A DNA stretch of 63,458 nt, filler included, from Octopus bimaculoides (GCF_001194135.2; 4 parts of 4 records of this genome joined end to end with filler, not necessarily neighbours in it), one strand, 5' to 3'. Positions 50,058-62,932 are shown, numbered from the whole stretch's first letter. The notes: a model not told the origin generated them from the letters alone. Made by a program: numbers and translations.

Positions 50058-51216
50058 AATTCTTTCTAGTATAGGCACAAGGTCTGAAATTTGTGAAGAA
50101 GGTGCTAGTTGATTACACTGGCCCCAGTGCTCACCTGAGATTTATTTTATCAACTCCAAAAGGATGAAAGGTAAAGTAAACCATGGCAGAATTTGAACTC
50201 AGAACACGAAACCAGGAGAAATACCACTAAGCATTTTATCTGTCATGTTAATCAGTCTTCCAGGTCACTACCTGATGATGATGATGATGATTTAAAATTT
50301 TGGTACAAGGCTAGCAAGTTTGAGGGATAGGGTAAGTCAATTACATTGACCCCCAGTGCTCAGCTGGTACGTATTCTGTCAACCCCGAAAGGATGTAAGA
50401 CAAAGCTGAAATCAGCAGCATTTGAACTCAGAACGTAAAGTCGGAAGAAATGCCACCAAGCATTTTATCTGGCATGTTAACAAATCTGCCAGCTCACCAC
50501 CTCAATAATAATAATAATAATAATAATGATAATAGTTTCAAATTTTAGCCCAAGGCCAGCAGTTTTTTGGAAGGGGCCAAGTCAATGAAATCAACCCCAG
50601 GGCTGAACTGTTACTTATCTTATCGACTTTAAAAGGATATAATACAAAGTTGACCTCACCAGTATTTGAACTCAGAGTGTAAAAACTGACAAAATTTTGC
50701 TAAGCATTTTGCCCAGTGTGCTAAGTAATAATAATAATTAGTTCTGATTTAGCAAGCAGTTTTGAAGGTTAGGGTTTAATTGATACCCTTGACTCCAGTA
50801 TTCAACTGGTACTTTCTTTTATTGATCCTGAAAGTACAAAAGGTACAGTTAACTTCAAGGATTTGAACTGAGAAGGAAGCATAACTAAATCAATATCACA
50901 AGGTACTCTTTTTAGAGCTCTAATGATTCTCTCACCCACTGCTCTAAATAATAATAATAATAATAATAACGGTTTTAAATTTTGCCACAAGGGCAGCCAT
51001 TTTGGGGGAGGGGATGAGTTGATTACATCAACATCCCCCCCCCCCCNNNNNNNNNNNNNNNNNNNNNNCCCCCCCCAGTCATCAACTGGTACTTATTTTA
51101 TCAAGGATGAACGGCAAAGTCAACCTTGGCAGAATTCGAACTCAGATCGGAGCGACGGGCGAAATACTGCTAAGCATTTCGTCCAGCATGCTAACTATTC
51201 TGCCAGCTCGCTGCCT
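50058..51216 (-). mobile_element. Tandem array of five family B SINEs
   Basis: Five ~200-bp copies (starts about 50058, 50291, 50535, 50741, 50971) separated by (GAT)n/(AAT)n. Confidence 0.85.
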
Positions 51217-51229
51217 TCTAAATAATAAT

Positions 51230-51780
51230 AATAATAAGTATTATTATTGTCATTATTGTTATTATCTATTCTTTTCATCTCAGGTTTTGTTGGAACTCCT
51301 GGAGTCTTGCATGCATAGCAGGCTTGCTGCCTGCAGCCTACTGTATATCATGCTATCTGTTCTTTTCAACTTATACTTTCCTAATTATTCTGGCTATGTC
51401 AAGGAGGCAAATCTTTTGTAACAGTTCTACTGGGCACTCTATTTCAATTTCCTTTATATTCCTCTTGATGCTTTCTGATACTGTCTCCCAAGGAACCAAC
51501 AATTATTAGCACTTTCTTCACCTTCTTCATTTTCCATAGCCAGGCTATTTCATACTTAAGTAGATTGTATATATATATCTATTTTTTGACTTCCTTCTAG
51601 ACTATTTGTGAGTCAAAGGGACATGCAACATCAACTATATAGCATGTGGTGAATCTTGTCCACCACCACTAGGTCCGGTCTGTTATGCTCTAGCACCTGA
51701 TCTGTTTTTTGCAAGTCTCTGACTCCACCATTCTCTACGGGTTGTGTTCATATCATGTCTTACCTCTATCTTGCTCCCGC
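51230..51780 (-). mobile_element. RLE-type (R4/Dong-like) LINE 3' fragment, degenerate
   Basis: DQVLEHNRPDLVVVDK..CYIVDVACPFD..LKYEIAWLWKMKKV..IIVGSLG..ELLQKICLLDIARIIRKV*, with the PD..D motif at 51673-51678. Contains stops and frameshifts; (TAA)n on both flanks. Confidence 0.8.
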
Positions 51781-52436
51781 TTTATTATTATTATTATTAT
51801 TATTATTTCTAACATAGGCACAAGACCAGATAATAAAAGGGAGGGGGTTTAGTCACATAAATTGGCTTCAGTACTTAACTGGTTGTTTATTTCATGAACT
51901 CTGGAGGGATGAAAGCTAAGTTGACTTGTCCAGGATTTGGACTCCGAGCAAAAAGAGCTGGAATAAATTTCCTTCATTTTGTCAACTCTGGAAGAATGAA
52001 AGGTAGAATTTACTCCACAGGATTTGAGATCAGAATTTAAAGGCTGGATGAAATATTGACTTTCTAATGATTCTCCCACTTCATAATAATGATAATTATG
52101 AATATGATCTTCCTGTAGGTATCTTTTAAAATTTTAAATTGTCTTGATAGGAATTAGTTTCTTTTCATCCCTAGTCTTTTGCTAATCTACATATTTCAGG
52201 TTTTACATTGTATGTTTAATGCAGAATTCCTCCCAGCTTAACTCATCTTTCATTACCATACATGATAACATTAGTGGTATATCATAAACTTTCTTTCTTT
52301 GAACATTCTTTTATTGTGAGGGTTGTTTGATAATTCAAATTTCCTTGCCTTTCTACATTTACTAGAAACAAATCTTATTAATAGCTCCTGGTCAAACTAT
52401 TTTTTTTTTCCTCTTCTGCTAATTCTGCTTTGTAAG

Positions 52437-52548
52437 ATGATACTGCACGCTGCTTCATCCAATCCATGTCAGCATTGATAAACAGGCATAGAACTGACTG
52501 TGATGGTGATATGATGAACAAGGAAGGATTCATTATTGTAGAATCTAT
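52437..52548 (+). CDS. Candidate internal coding exon (112 nt) of an unidentified gene
   Basis: T-rich tract plus AG acceptor, GTAAGC donor, one frame fully open (DTARCFIQSMSALINRHRTDCDGDMMNKEGFIIVES). No homology recognised. Confidence 0.33.
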
Positions 52549-53039
52549 GTAAGCATGATTCAACAGTACTGTCATTCATTTATTCTAGAAAATCTAATAA
52601 AAGAAATCTAATTTGCTGTTGTTATAGGAGCAGACTTAGGAAGCATTGCTTTCACACACACACACACACACACACAGAAGTGTATGTGTGTGTGTGTGTG
52701 TGCATGAGAGAGAGAGAGCAAGAGATAGAAAGAGAGAGAAGTCTATATAATAATAATAGTATAGCTGCAAGTTGTAAATGACTTTTGGCCATAGAATTCA
52801 GTGAATTATGAAAATGTTCTGTTGCCTTCAGAGTCTCCTCTGCTTGACACATGGTTGGTCAAGTAGAGAGAATGTTGCACAATTGGTCAAGGAACCCCAG
52901 TTCCTATTCTTTTGTTAACTTTATTGTTTTGTATGGGCAACATTCTTAACTCTCAGTTAACCTGTCGAATTCACCTAGCTATAAAATATGTATCACAAGA
53001 TAATATAATTCATAATATTGTTTACTTGTGAAGTAGGCA

Positions 53040-53870
53040 TGGTATGTTTGAGTGTCTCGGTTTGATTTCATGTGACAGCGTCTTGGGCAGATGTCTTCTA
53101 TTATATATATATCCTTGAGTTGACCAAATAACCTTGTGAGTAAAATTTGGTAGATGGAAACTGTACTGAAGCCTGTTATGGACAAGTGTGAAAGAAATAC
53201 TCATCAGCAACAAAGCTTGGCAAACTAATGCTTTGAGCAAAGATCTTTACCTTCACCCGAGTTGCTTAGCTAATCACTTGTAACTCTTACTGTAGGAAAA
53301 ACTGTGAAATAACAATAGGTCCTTTGGAAATCCCAAACCAGTAGTAAGGATTATCACTGATAGAAGCTTGCTTCACAACCATTAAGTCTTCAGTTCAGTC
53401 TTATTGCAACATGGCTTGGGTAAGTGTCTTTCACTATAACCCTGGGCAGACAAAAGCCTTGTGAGTGGATTTGATAGACAGAAACTGAAAGAAGCCCATT
53501 GTATCTTTTTTCTTTCATCTGTTTCAGTCATTAGTCAGCAGCCATGTTGGGACACTGCCCTAAAGAATTTTTAGTGGAATGAATTGACCCCAGTACTTTT
53601 GTTTTTTTCTTTCTTTGAGCCTGGCACTTATTCTATTCATCTCTTGCTCAAATACTAAGTTATGGAGACATAAAAACACCAGCACTGATTTTCAAGCGCT
53701 GGTGGGACACACACACTCAGATATCTATATACATGATGGGCTTCTTTCAGTTCCCATCTACCAAATCCGCTCACAAGGATTTGGTCAGCCTAAGGCTATA
53801 GTAGAAGACACTTGCCCAAGGTGTCATGCAGTGGGACTGAACCTGGGACTATGTAGATGGAAAGCAGGGA
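53040..53870. mobile_element. Cluster of three decayed family A SINEs (two + heads, one - full copy)
   Basis: + heads at about 53040-53180 and 53345-53505; - copy at about 53505-53870. Confidence 0.7.
53296..53343 (+). CDS. Candidate internal coding exon (48 nt), phase-compatible with 52437-52548
   Basis: ctcttactgtAG acceptor, GTAAGG donor. Splicing gives ..IIVES-M-KNCEITIGPLEIPNQ with no stop. Confidence 0.3.
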
Positions 53871-54023
53871 TAATGTATATGTATATATGGAAAAAGTTTT
53901 GTATATATAATCCAAATAAGAAGGTAAAGAAAGAGTTTAGCAGTTCAAATACTGAAACAAGTAAAAGGTAAAAGATATAAGGTTAACGTTTTTCTTGGGT
54001 AATCTTTTGATTTTAAATTGTTT

Positions 54024-54238
54024 TTAACCCTATAGCATTTAAACTGGCCATATCCAGCTGAAATATTCTACCTGTTCTATATTCAAATCAGCAAGATCTA
54101 TCCTCTCAACAATGTTATTCTGAAAATAAACAATCACATCAAAATCTCAAAGGAATAAGATTATGTATGATCAATTTAAAACAATGTGAATAAATAGGTA
54201 TTACATTTGACAGAGTAATTTGAATGCTGAATGGTTAA
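54024..54238. mobile_element. TTAA-flanked piggyBac-like MITE
   Basis: TTAAccctatagcattt ... gaatgctgaatggTTAA with imperfect TIRs. Partial copies in the opposite orientation at about 9365-9482 and 60600-60760. Confidence 0.7.
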
Positions 54239-54569
54239 ATATATATTTGTGCAGTGTAAAAACTGATAATGTAAATAAATAAAACTAAAAGTAATAAGCG
54301 ATTTGTTGATTTACAGTACTAAGTTTGGTTCAGTTTGTAAGAAAACATACTTGCATTCAGTTATATAGCCCCTTCTTACAATCACTTACATCCTTATTTA
54401 GCTGTAACCTCTACTTGCAATCGACTATGTCCCTTAATTGCAATCAGTTACACCCATTTTGTATTAACATGTTGTTTCATTGTGGCAATACAAATTATGA
54501 AATACTCTACAATATCTATTTTGATGATTTAGAGCAGGCATTAGCAATCTTTTATGAGAAGTGGGCCAA

Positions 54570-54960
54570 ATGAGACATGGCTCATCATCAACCAGGTTAC
54601 ACTACTAAAAAAATATTGAAGGTAATTTTTCATTAGATGTGACATTCAGAAAGTCCCATAAATTGCTCATGATTGATCTAGGGGTTATGCTTCTCAACTG
54701 TATTACTACTAATGATAATAATGAATAAGAAATTGTAAGAATATAGGCAATGAAGAGAGTAACTGTCATCTCAATAGTTGTGGGAGCACTAACAATCAAG
54801 TTTGAGAAATTAGAATTGATATGCAGGTTGGACATGCTCAAAAAAACTGATCTATTTGCTACAACGAGGCTTTTGAGATTGATACTTGGGTGTTAAGTAT
54901 TGTGGAAAGAGGGCCTGTGTCGACCTTTGACATTTTGTTGTCTGCTCTCACTATTAACTG
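54570..54960 (+). mobile_element. RLE-type LINE 3' fragment, highly decayed
   Basis: AMKRVTVISIVVGAL..IDMQVGHAQKTDLFATTRLLRLILGC* after a frameshift. Confidence 0.6.
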
Positions 54961-55018
54961 AAGCAAGTAAAATCAAGAACTCTTAGAAGTAAAAAAAAAT
55001 AGCGATAAATGATAATGA

Positions 55019-56308
55019 TGCTTTCAAATTTTGGTACCAGGCCAGCTTGTTTAACAGAAAGGGGCAAGTAAATTACTTCAACCCCAGTACTTGACTGGTA
55101 CTTATATTATCAACCCCGAAAGAATGAAAAGCAAAGTCAACTTGGTAGAATTTGAACTCTGAAGAAACGCCACTAAGTATTTTGTCTAACATGCTAACAA
55201 TTCTGCCAGCTCACCACCTTAATAAATAATCCCTTCTACTAAAGCCACAAGGCTTGAAATTTAGTGGAGAGGAGGCTATCATTTATATCGACCTCAGTGC
55301 AACAGAATGAAATGTGAAGTCAGTCGTGTAGAATTTGAACTTGGAACATAGAAAATGGACAAAACACCACTAAGCATTTTGTCCAACATGCTAATAATTC
55401 AGCCACCTTTCCACCTTCACCACCTTAACAATAATAATTATAATAATAATGGTTTCAAATTTTGGCACAAGGCCAGTAAGTTTGAAGGATGGGATAAGTC
55501 GATTACATTTAGTAAGTTGATTACAGCTGGAACTTATTTTATCAGCCCCGAAAGGATAAAAGCAAAGTCTACCTCAGCGGAATGTAAAGACATGAAATGT
55601 CGCTAAGCATTTTGCCTGGCAAGCCAACAATTCTGCCAGCTCGCCGCCTTAATAATGATGATGATGATGATAATCCTTCCTAATTTTGGCACAAGGTCAG
55701 CAATTTTGATGGGAGGGAAGTTGATTACATAGACTCCTACCTATTTTACCAACCATGAAAGGATGGAAAGCAAAGTTGATTTTGGTGGAATTTGAACTTA
55801 AAATGTGAAGCTGGAATAAATGCTGCTAAGTATTTTGTCCAGTGCAGTAATGATTGCCAGCTTACTTCCTTAATAGTCCTTCCTGCTATAGGCACAAAGC
55901 CTGAAACTTTGGGGAAAGGGGCTAGTCAATTAGATTGACCCTAGTGCGTAACTGGTACTTATTTCATAGACCCCAAAAGGATGAAAGGCAAAGTCAACCT
56001 TGACGGAATTTGAACTCAAAATGTAAGGATGGACAAAATGCCGCTAAGCATTTTGTCTGGCATGCTAACGGTTTTGCCAGCTTAGCCCCTTAATAATAGC
56101 ATTTCTAATTCAGACACAAAGCCAGAAATTTTGATGTAAAAAAAAAGTGTTTGTTGATATCATCAGCCCCAATGATACACAGGTACTTTACGTTATTGGC
56201 CCTGGAATGATGCAAAAGCAAAGATGACTTTGGTGAAATTTGAGCTGAGAATGTAAATAACTGGATTGAATACTGCTAGGCATTTTGTCCAATGTTCTAT
56301 CAATTCTG
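55019..56308 (-). mobile_element. Tandem array of six family B SINEs
   Basis: Copies start at about 55019, 55230, 55451, 55675, 55877 and 56101, separated by short (AAT)/(GAT) runs. Confidence 0.85.
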
Positions 56309-56370
56309 CAAACCTTTGCTATAATACTATCAAGAGTTATTATTATTTGGTGTCCATTGCTAGTACATAC

Positions 56371-56454
56371 ATCATCTCTGACTAAATAGAGATGAGAGTA
56401 ATCAAGATCAAATATTTGTGATCCATGGATTTTAAGTTCCATTGTAAAGTTATT
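56371..56454 (-). CDS. Candidate 84-nt symmetric exon on the minus strand
   Basis: tttttttctcctctacatgtcAG acceptor, GTATGT donor, open frame NNFTMELKIHGSQIFDLDYSHLYLVRDD. No homology recognised. Confidence 0.25.
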
Positions 56455-56876
56455 CTGACATGTAGAGGAGAAAAAAATTCTATAGTATTTTATTGCTCAA
56501 TTGATGTATTAAAAAAAAAAAAGCAAGAACAAAAAATAACACTGACAAATTAACAAAAAAGACTTCTTAAAAACAGGAAAAAAATATCACCATCATACTT
56601 TATATAATTTTTTTATACTCACATGATTTAGTTTCAAAGAGTTCTTTCAGCAGAATAGTTTTGAGTTCATAATTCAACAATTGACATTATGCTGTGGCCT
56701 GTTAATCTCCAAATCTCTTTCCATTCTTACTAAGCAGTCAAGTAGGTGAGATAAGAGAGAGAGGGGATGGGGAGAGAGAGAGAGAAGGGCCTTGTTGTCT
56801 GTAATATTAACACTGAATTTTCTCAGTCAACAGTGGTATAGAATGGTTAGTTAGAGAATTTATTCTTGAACTAATA

Positions 56877-57785
56877 TTGGTTTCAAATTATAGCACAAGG
56901 CCAGCAATTTCCAGGGAGGGGCTTTGTTGATTACATCGACTCCAGTGTTCAACTCGTACTTATTTCAACCCTCCCCCTTCCCCTGAAAGGATCAAAAGCA
57001 AAGTAAATCCTGGTGGCATTTGAACTCAGAATGTAAAGTCAGAAGAAATGCCGCTAAGCATTTTGCCCAGCATGCTAATGATTCGGCCAGCTCGCTGCCT
57101 TAAATTCTTACAACAATATTAACTATTTTTTTAACAAAATATTGTATCATATATATTTGTTCCAGCCCTTTATGTTCTGAGTTCAAATCCTGCCAGAGTC
57201 AACTTTGCCTTTCATCCTTTTGGCATCAATAAAATAAAACGTCTGTCATGTGCTGAGGTTGATGCTATTGACTAAATCTACCCCCTCCCAACACACATAC
57301 ACATACACACAAATTCCAGGCTTTGTAATGATGCTAGAAAATCATTAAGAGCAGTGCATTGGCATAATTGTTAGAGCTTATGGCATTTAGTCTTGAGTTC
57401 ATATCCTATTGAGGTCTACTCTGTTTTTCATTCTTTCAGGGTTTGATAAAATAAATTTCCATTCAAGGACTGTGGTCGATGTAATTGACTAATCCTCACC
57501 CCTCAAAAGTGTTGACCCTGTGCCTAAACCAGAAACCATTATTATTATTATTATTATTATTAATCATCAACGGCGAACTGGCAGAAGCATTAGCAAGCTG
57601 GGCAAAATTCTTAGCGGCATTTTGACCACTTTCTTTATGTTCTGAGTACAAATTCTTCCAAGGTTGACTTCACCTTTCATCCTTTCGGGGTCGAAAAAAT
57701 AAATACCAGTTGAACTCTGGGGTCAATGTAATTGACTTACTCCCTCCCCCGAAATTGCTAGCCTTATGCCAAATTTTGAAACCAT
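56877..57785. mobile_element. One minus plus three plus family B SINEs, head-to-head
   Basis: - copy at 56877-57101; + copies at about 57165, 57340 and 57570. Confidence 0.8.
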
Positions 57786-57902
57786 CATCATCATCATTAT
57801 TATTATTGTATGTTCAGCTTTTGCTTTGTATTTGTACAAGTTGACTTTAAGTCTCACCCAGAGACCTCAACAGACAACAAGTTAGAAGATTATTATTATT
57901 AT

Positions 57903-58433
57903 TGAGTGAGATAGCAGTGCATGCCATCAAAGTGACACTGGGGTACAAATATACGAAACCCAATATACCCATCATGACTACCTGTCTGATAAGGGTACAC
58001 CAGGCACATGCATCACAACCACATGTGCACAACATGGTGACCTTATATCAAGATAAACATCGCATGACCTTGCAGGTGGGGCCCAGTTAGAATTTTCTTC
58101 AGGTTGAATAGCCCATCCCACTCAAGAGGACTCTGAATGATGAACAAAACACCCATATTTCCAGAGGTGAATTATTCAAACCCCAAAGACTTCCTCTCAA
58201 CACATGGCTATGATGCTCTCCCACTACTTCTGCTCGTGATCAGAGATGCATATATCGTCAGCCACTAAGGGACATGATCAACTGGTTAAGTTTAAACAAC
58301 TGACAAGCAAATCTGTGGTATTGGACAGAATATTTGCTGTAGCCCATCTTTTCTACCAAGATAAAAATATGGTACATAATAAAACTTCCAATCAGTTAAT
58401 ATCAGAAGCCATGAGAGCCACTTCCTGGTACTG

Positions 58434-58437
<4 letters not shown>
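57903..58437 (-). mobile_element. ~550-bp interspersed element, copy 2
   Basis: Same sequence and same microsatellite flanks as 17131-17688. Confidence 0.8.
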
Positions 58438-58469
<32 letters not shown>

Positions 58470-58476
58470 TATTATT

Positions 58477-58770
58477 AAGTCTGTGAGCTGACAGAATAAT
58501 TAGCACACTAGACAAAATGCTTAGCAGCATTTTGTTTGTCTTTATGCTCAGAGTCCAAATTCTGCTTAACTTTTCATCCTTTCAGCACCAGCTGAGCAAT
58601 GGGGTCAATATAATCAGCAAGTCACCTACCCTGGAATTTCAGGCTTTGTGCTATAGTAGAAACGGTATTGGCTCAATGAAATAAGTAACAGTTGAACATT
58701 GGGGTCAGTGTAATTGACTAGCATCCTCCCCCAATATTGCAGGCCTTGTGCCTATAGTAAAAAGGATTAT
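58477..58770 (+). mobile_element. Family B SINE with duplicated 3' part
   Basis: gtgagctgacagaataattagcac..tttcatcctttcag, then two ggggtca.tgtaat..ggcYttgtgcYtatagta tails. Confidence 0.65.
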
Positions 58771-61042
58771 TGTTATTATTGTAGTAGTAGTAGTAGTAGT
58801 AGCACATATGGTTCAAGAAAGAGAGCAAGTAATGCAGCATGAACAAACGTTGAAGATGGTAGAAATGTGTGACTCAACAAACTTTATGCTGTTGTGCTGG
58901 AGTTCTGTTGTATAAATCGGTGGGTAACCCCAGGTAACTCTGGTGCCATGGTAGAAGGGACCAAAACATCTACAGAGCTGCTTCACTGCCTGATGTGACA
59001 CTGATTCCTGTACTCAGAAATGGAGTACAGCAGCACCCCTCAGCACTCTTGTGTTTACCCTAAAAGCTAAAAGTAGTAGTGGTGGTTGTGGTCATTGTTG
59101 TCTTTAGTTATGTCTGTTTCTAGCCTAAATTCAAATCTACCTTGGTCTAATGTGTCTTTAATCATCTCTTCTGAGTCAATGACACATGCCAATCAATTAT
59201 TGTACTCCATTACATCAAGTGTTCCCTCTCCTCATATATATATAGTATCATGCCCATGTTGGACATCTATTTCCTCTTGCACTTACACTCAGTATATTCT
59301 ATCATTTCCTCTTTGTCACTTTCTGAAATATCTTTTTAAACAGGTATATGATATTATAAGATATGTCATTCCTCCTCATCAGTATGTACAAAATGGATAA
59401 ATTATTTCTGTGGTCATGTTTTGTTTCATATTTCACTGTGGGCATTTTATTCTGTTTATGGGCAAGTCAGCCAACCTCAATTTTTAACTTCTGGGCAAAG
59501 TTGTCTATGACAAATTGATGTCCTCTACAGTTGGAAAATTATAGAACTAACCATTTGAATTCTTGTTTGTTTTGTGGGATGATTGATCTACCTACTAAAG
59601 CTCTGTACCTCTTACTACACATTAGACTGATTTTGAAGTAGATTTACTTGTGTGTTTAAGACATCTTTATAGCTATAGTTCATCTCATCTGTATTCTTGA
59701 TTTCAGATCAACTGTTAATACTTTTCAATTTGATTTTCAGCATATTTTGATTGAATGGCAGTGATTCTAATGCCAAACATCTGTTTGGACTGATTTGGTT
59801 TATGCTTTGCTCGTAAAGAATGTAATACACTTGCAAAATGTTATGCTATCTAATCACATTTTTGGGTGTATGTCATGCCAATACTTTACTCTTTTCATCA
59901 GATGTTATTTAAAAATTGTGTTTAATCATTATTGAATAGTCCTAGTTTAACTGTGCCCAAGTTGACAATGACTCAGAAGCTGTTGTGTAATTTATAAGTT
60001 CATTGCACTCTGATAAGTGTTGTCTTAGTCATTTCATACTCCAACAGGTAGAAGCATTCCATTTGAAAGATTGATGAAAATAAAGTTAGGAGTTATTTCT
60101 CAGAAGACTTGTTTTGACCCTTTTAGATACCAACCCACCTAAGAACAGCATTGATTCCATGATACAAGCTTCCCATTTTAAGGTGATCTTTTAAAGTGAA
60201 CCTAAATTTGGATGAATTCTTGACTTATGTTGAAATCTTAATTTATGTTGCAGATTTATGACAAAATTATTTTACTAAATCCTTCATTATTTTTCAAGGC
60301 AGACACATTAACACGCCTAGCAAAATGTTTAGTGGCATTTTACCCATCTTTACGTTCTGTGTTCAAATTCCACTGAGGGTGACTGTGCCTTTCATGCTTT
60401 CGGAGTCAGTAAAATAAGTAACAGTTGATTAGTAATTGACTCAGCCCACCCAAAATTCAAAATTAATATTAATTGAAACAGAGGCAGTGTATTTCAATGG
60501 ATATACATATGGTAATGAATGTGTTATGGTTCTAGTTCCATCTATGTGTGTAGAGGCCACATGTATAGATTTAGTTGTTTCAACAATGATTGGAAGATAT
60601 TAACCCTTCACTATTCGGATATTCTGCCAAATGTAATGTTTATTTATTCACATGGTTTTGAATTAATCATGCATTGTCTCTTAGCTTTGAAATTTTGATG
60701 ATGTGATTGTATATTTTTAGTATGACATTGTAAAGTAGATGTGAAAGCCCAAATCTAACCCGGCTCAAATGACTTGATCTAACCCGGATCTAACCTGGGT
60801 CATATGGGCGAGGGGGTCTGATGTTGAAAGATCTGAAACACTGTGAGATCTCCAAGACATTGCTGATAATTCATCTCAGAGCATCTGTGAAATGTATCTT
60901 AAAACTAGAATTAACAGTTTGGTGTGTATGGATGAAATTTAGTCTCAGGACAACCAGCTTTCATTTTTATGATAATTTTGTTTTTAATTTAGCTATCAGC
61001 AATAATAAAGATAATAGTGATGGTTTAGTAATATTTCACTAT

Positions 61043-61383
61043 TATAAAAGACTCCCTTCGATCATGAATGACCATGGGATTGCACCTAGAAAGTTACCTT
61101 CCAAGGCACAAGTCCTGGCAAGGTTGATAATGAAAGACCAGCAGTCGCCCATGCATGCCGGCCTCCCCTCTCCATGCCACTGATGTTATCCAAGGGAAAG
61201 GCAAAGGCTAATACAGCTTGGCACCAATGACATTGCAACTTATTTCTACAGCTGAGTGAACTGGAGCAACATGAAATAAAGTGTCTTGCTCAAGAGCACA
61301 ACACACAACCCAGTCTGGGAATCAAACTCACTAACTCATGATTGTGAGCCTGACACTCTAACCACTGAGCCATGTGCCTTCAC
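61043..61383 (-). mobile_element. tRNA-derived SINE family D, full-length
   Basis: Head at right (aaccactgagccatgtgccttcac) and aagtgtcttgctcaag CORE-like segment. Related pieces at 38313-38460 (+), 33290-33550 (+) and 26215-26432 (-). Confidence 0.75.
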
Positions 61384-62564
61384 TAAAGCAAAACAGAGGC
61401 ACCTGTTGTAGTCTATATGGTTCGGTATCATGTGACAAACATTGGTCTACAGTAAGTTTCAGTTCTGCATATTTTTTCTGTTCTTTTCCAAAAGATGTGT
61501 TGAGAAAATTTTGGAACCTGGTTTCTATCCAGCACTAGAACTCTCTCACTTTCTTTTCAGAGCTAGTATTTTACCAGAAATCACAAATTGTTATTGTTAT
61601 ATTGTTGCTTAGCATTGATATACCATTATTTTAATTCATCCATTTATTATTTAAATGATCATAATAATAATATATTTCAAACATAATATGTATTTTAGTC
61701 TGTATCAAATATGTTTCATTACAAGTACATAAGTATTGCACTTGTGTGGAATTTACCGAAGTGAAGACAACATTGGACAGATGCCAGACTTGGGTGAATG
61801 CTCTCAAGTTGTTGGCTCTAGATAATATTCATTTACAAGAATGACAACAAAAAAATCTAGAGTATATAACTGTCTATAATTGAATCATTTCCAAATAAAA
61901 CCTTTATTGAAAAAGCAAGGCATCACACCTAAGATGTTGCATTGTGAGTAAAGCAACTCAACTTACTTAGGACTGACTGAAAAATTAGTAGTATTGCATC
62001 ATAATTTTACAACATTTATTTCTTTCTAAAACTCTTCCTCCCACATCTTGTTTGTACATATATAAAGTGGTAGGCCCTATTCAATCCATATCACTTCATA
62101 ATTACATTAAAATACTGAAAAGTGAGTTAAATTGAGTGGAATACCATCAGTAAAAATATTAAAAACAAAACTAAAAAATGATTTGAAAATGTAAATAAAT
62201 TGTAAAGATTTGACAATGTTTAGAATAATTTGAATATTTTAAACTTGTAAGTTTGTTTAATATTTAGAAAGAAAAACAACAGTCTGGCAGTTTATTATCA
62301 GGTGGAGTACCCCAGTTTCTTCACGTTTGTTGTTTTTGGCTTGTCATCAAGAGACACATCATTGCTATCTTGCAATAATTGGGGAGTTTATTAAAACAGC
62401 AGTCGTGTTTCTTTGATATGATTACATGCTTCCTGGGACTCGATTCTTCCAATCACACAGATTTTTAACAAACCGCACTGTTTTTAGAGCAGATTAGTAA
62501 TGAAACAAACTTGATAGTATAGGCAAAAGGTGACATTACTGGTAAATGATTCATAACTTTATTT

Positions 62565-62775
62565 TCCTACCTAGAGTTGGGATTGTTGCGAGTCTTCTCC
62601 ATTTTGCTCTGTTCCCTATGTCCTTGCCTCTTCAACCTCTTGCCTCCGTTTCATCTTTCTTCATGTTTTTCATAGTCGCCCTCCTCTGCATCCTTTCATG
62701 TACATTTCCATCACTCCACTCAATGTGACACTTTCATCCTTCCTGAGCACATGACCTTGCCACCATCCCAAATAC
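62565..62775 (-). mobile_element. RTE LINE 3' fragment
   Basis: WWQGHVLRKDESVTLSGVMEMYMKGCRGGR..NRAKWRRLATIPT. Confidence 0.6.
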
Positions 62776-62815
62776 TGTTCACAACATCCATTTCTGGGCG
62801 CTGTATTCCTGTAAT

Positions 62816-62932
<117 letters not shown>

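Noticed and set aside
53253-53291. Minus-strand segment with very strong acceptor and donor signals
   Set aside because: All three frames contain stops. It shows that splice-like pairs arise by chance here, which is why my exon candidates carry low confidence.
50058-56308. Regularly spaced ~200-bp repeats superficially like a CRISPR or satellite array
   Set aside because: The units are whole diverged SINEs with microsatellite spacers, in eukaryotic context with no cas genes.
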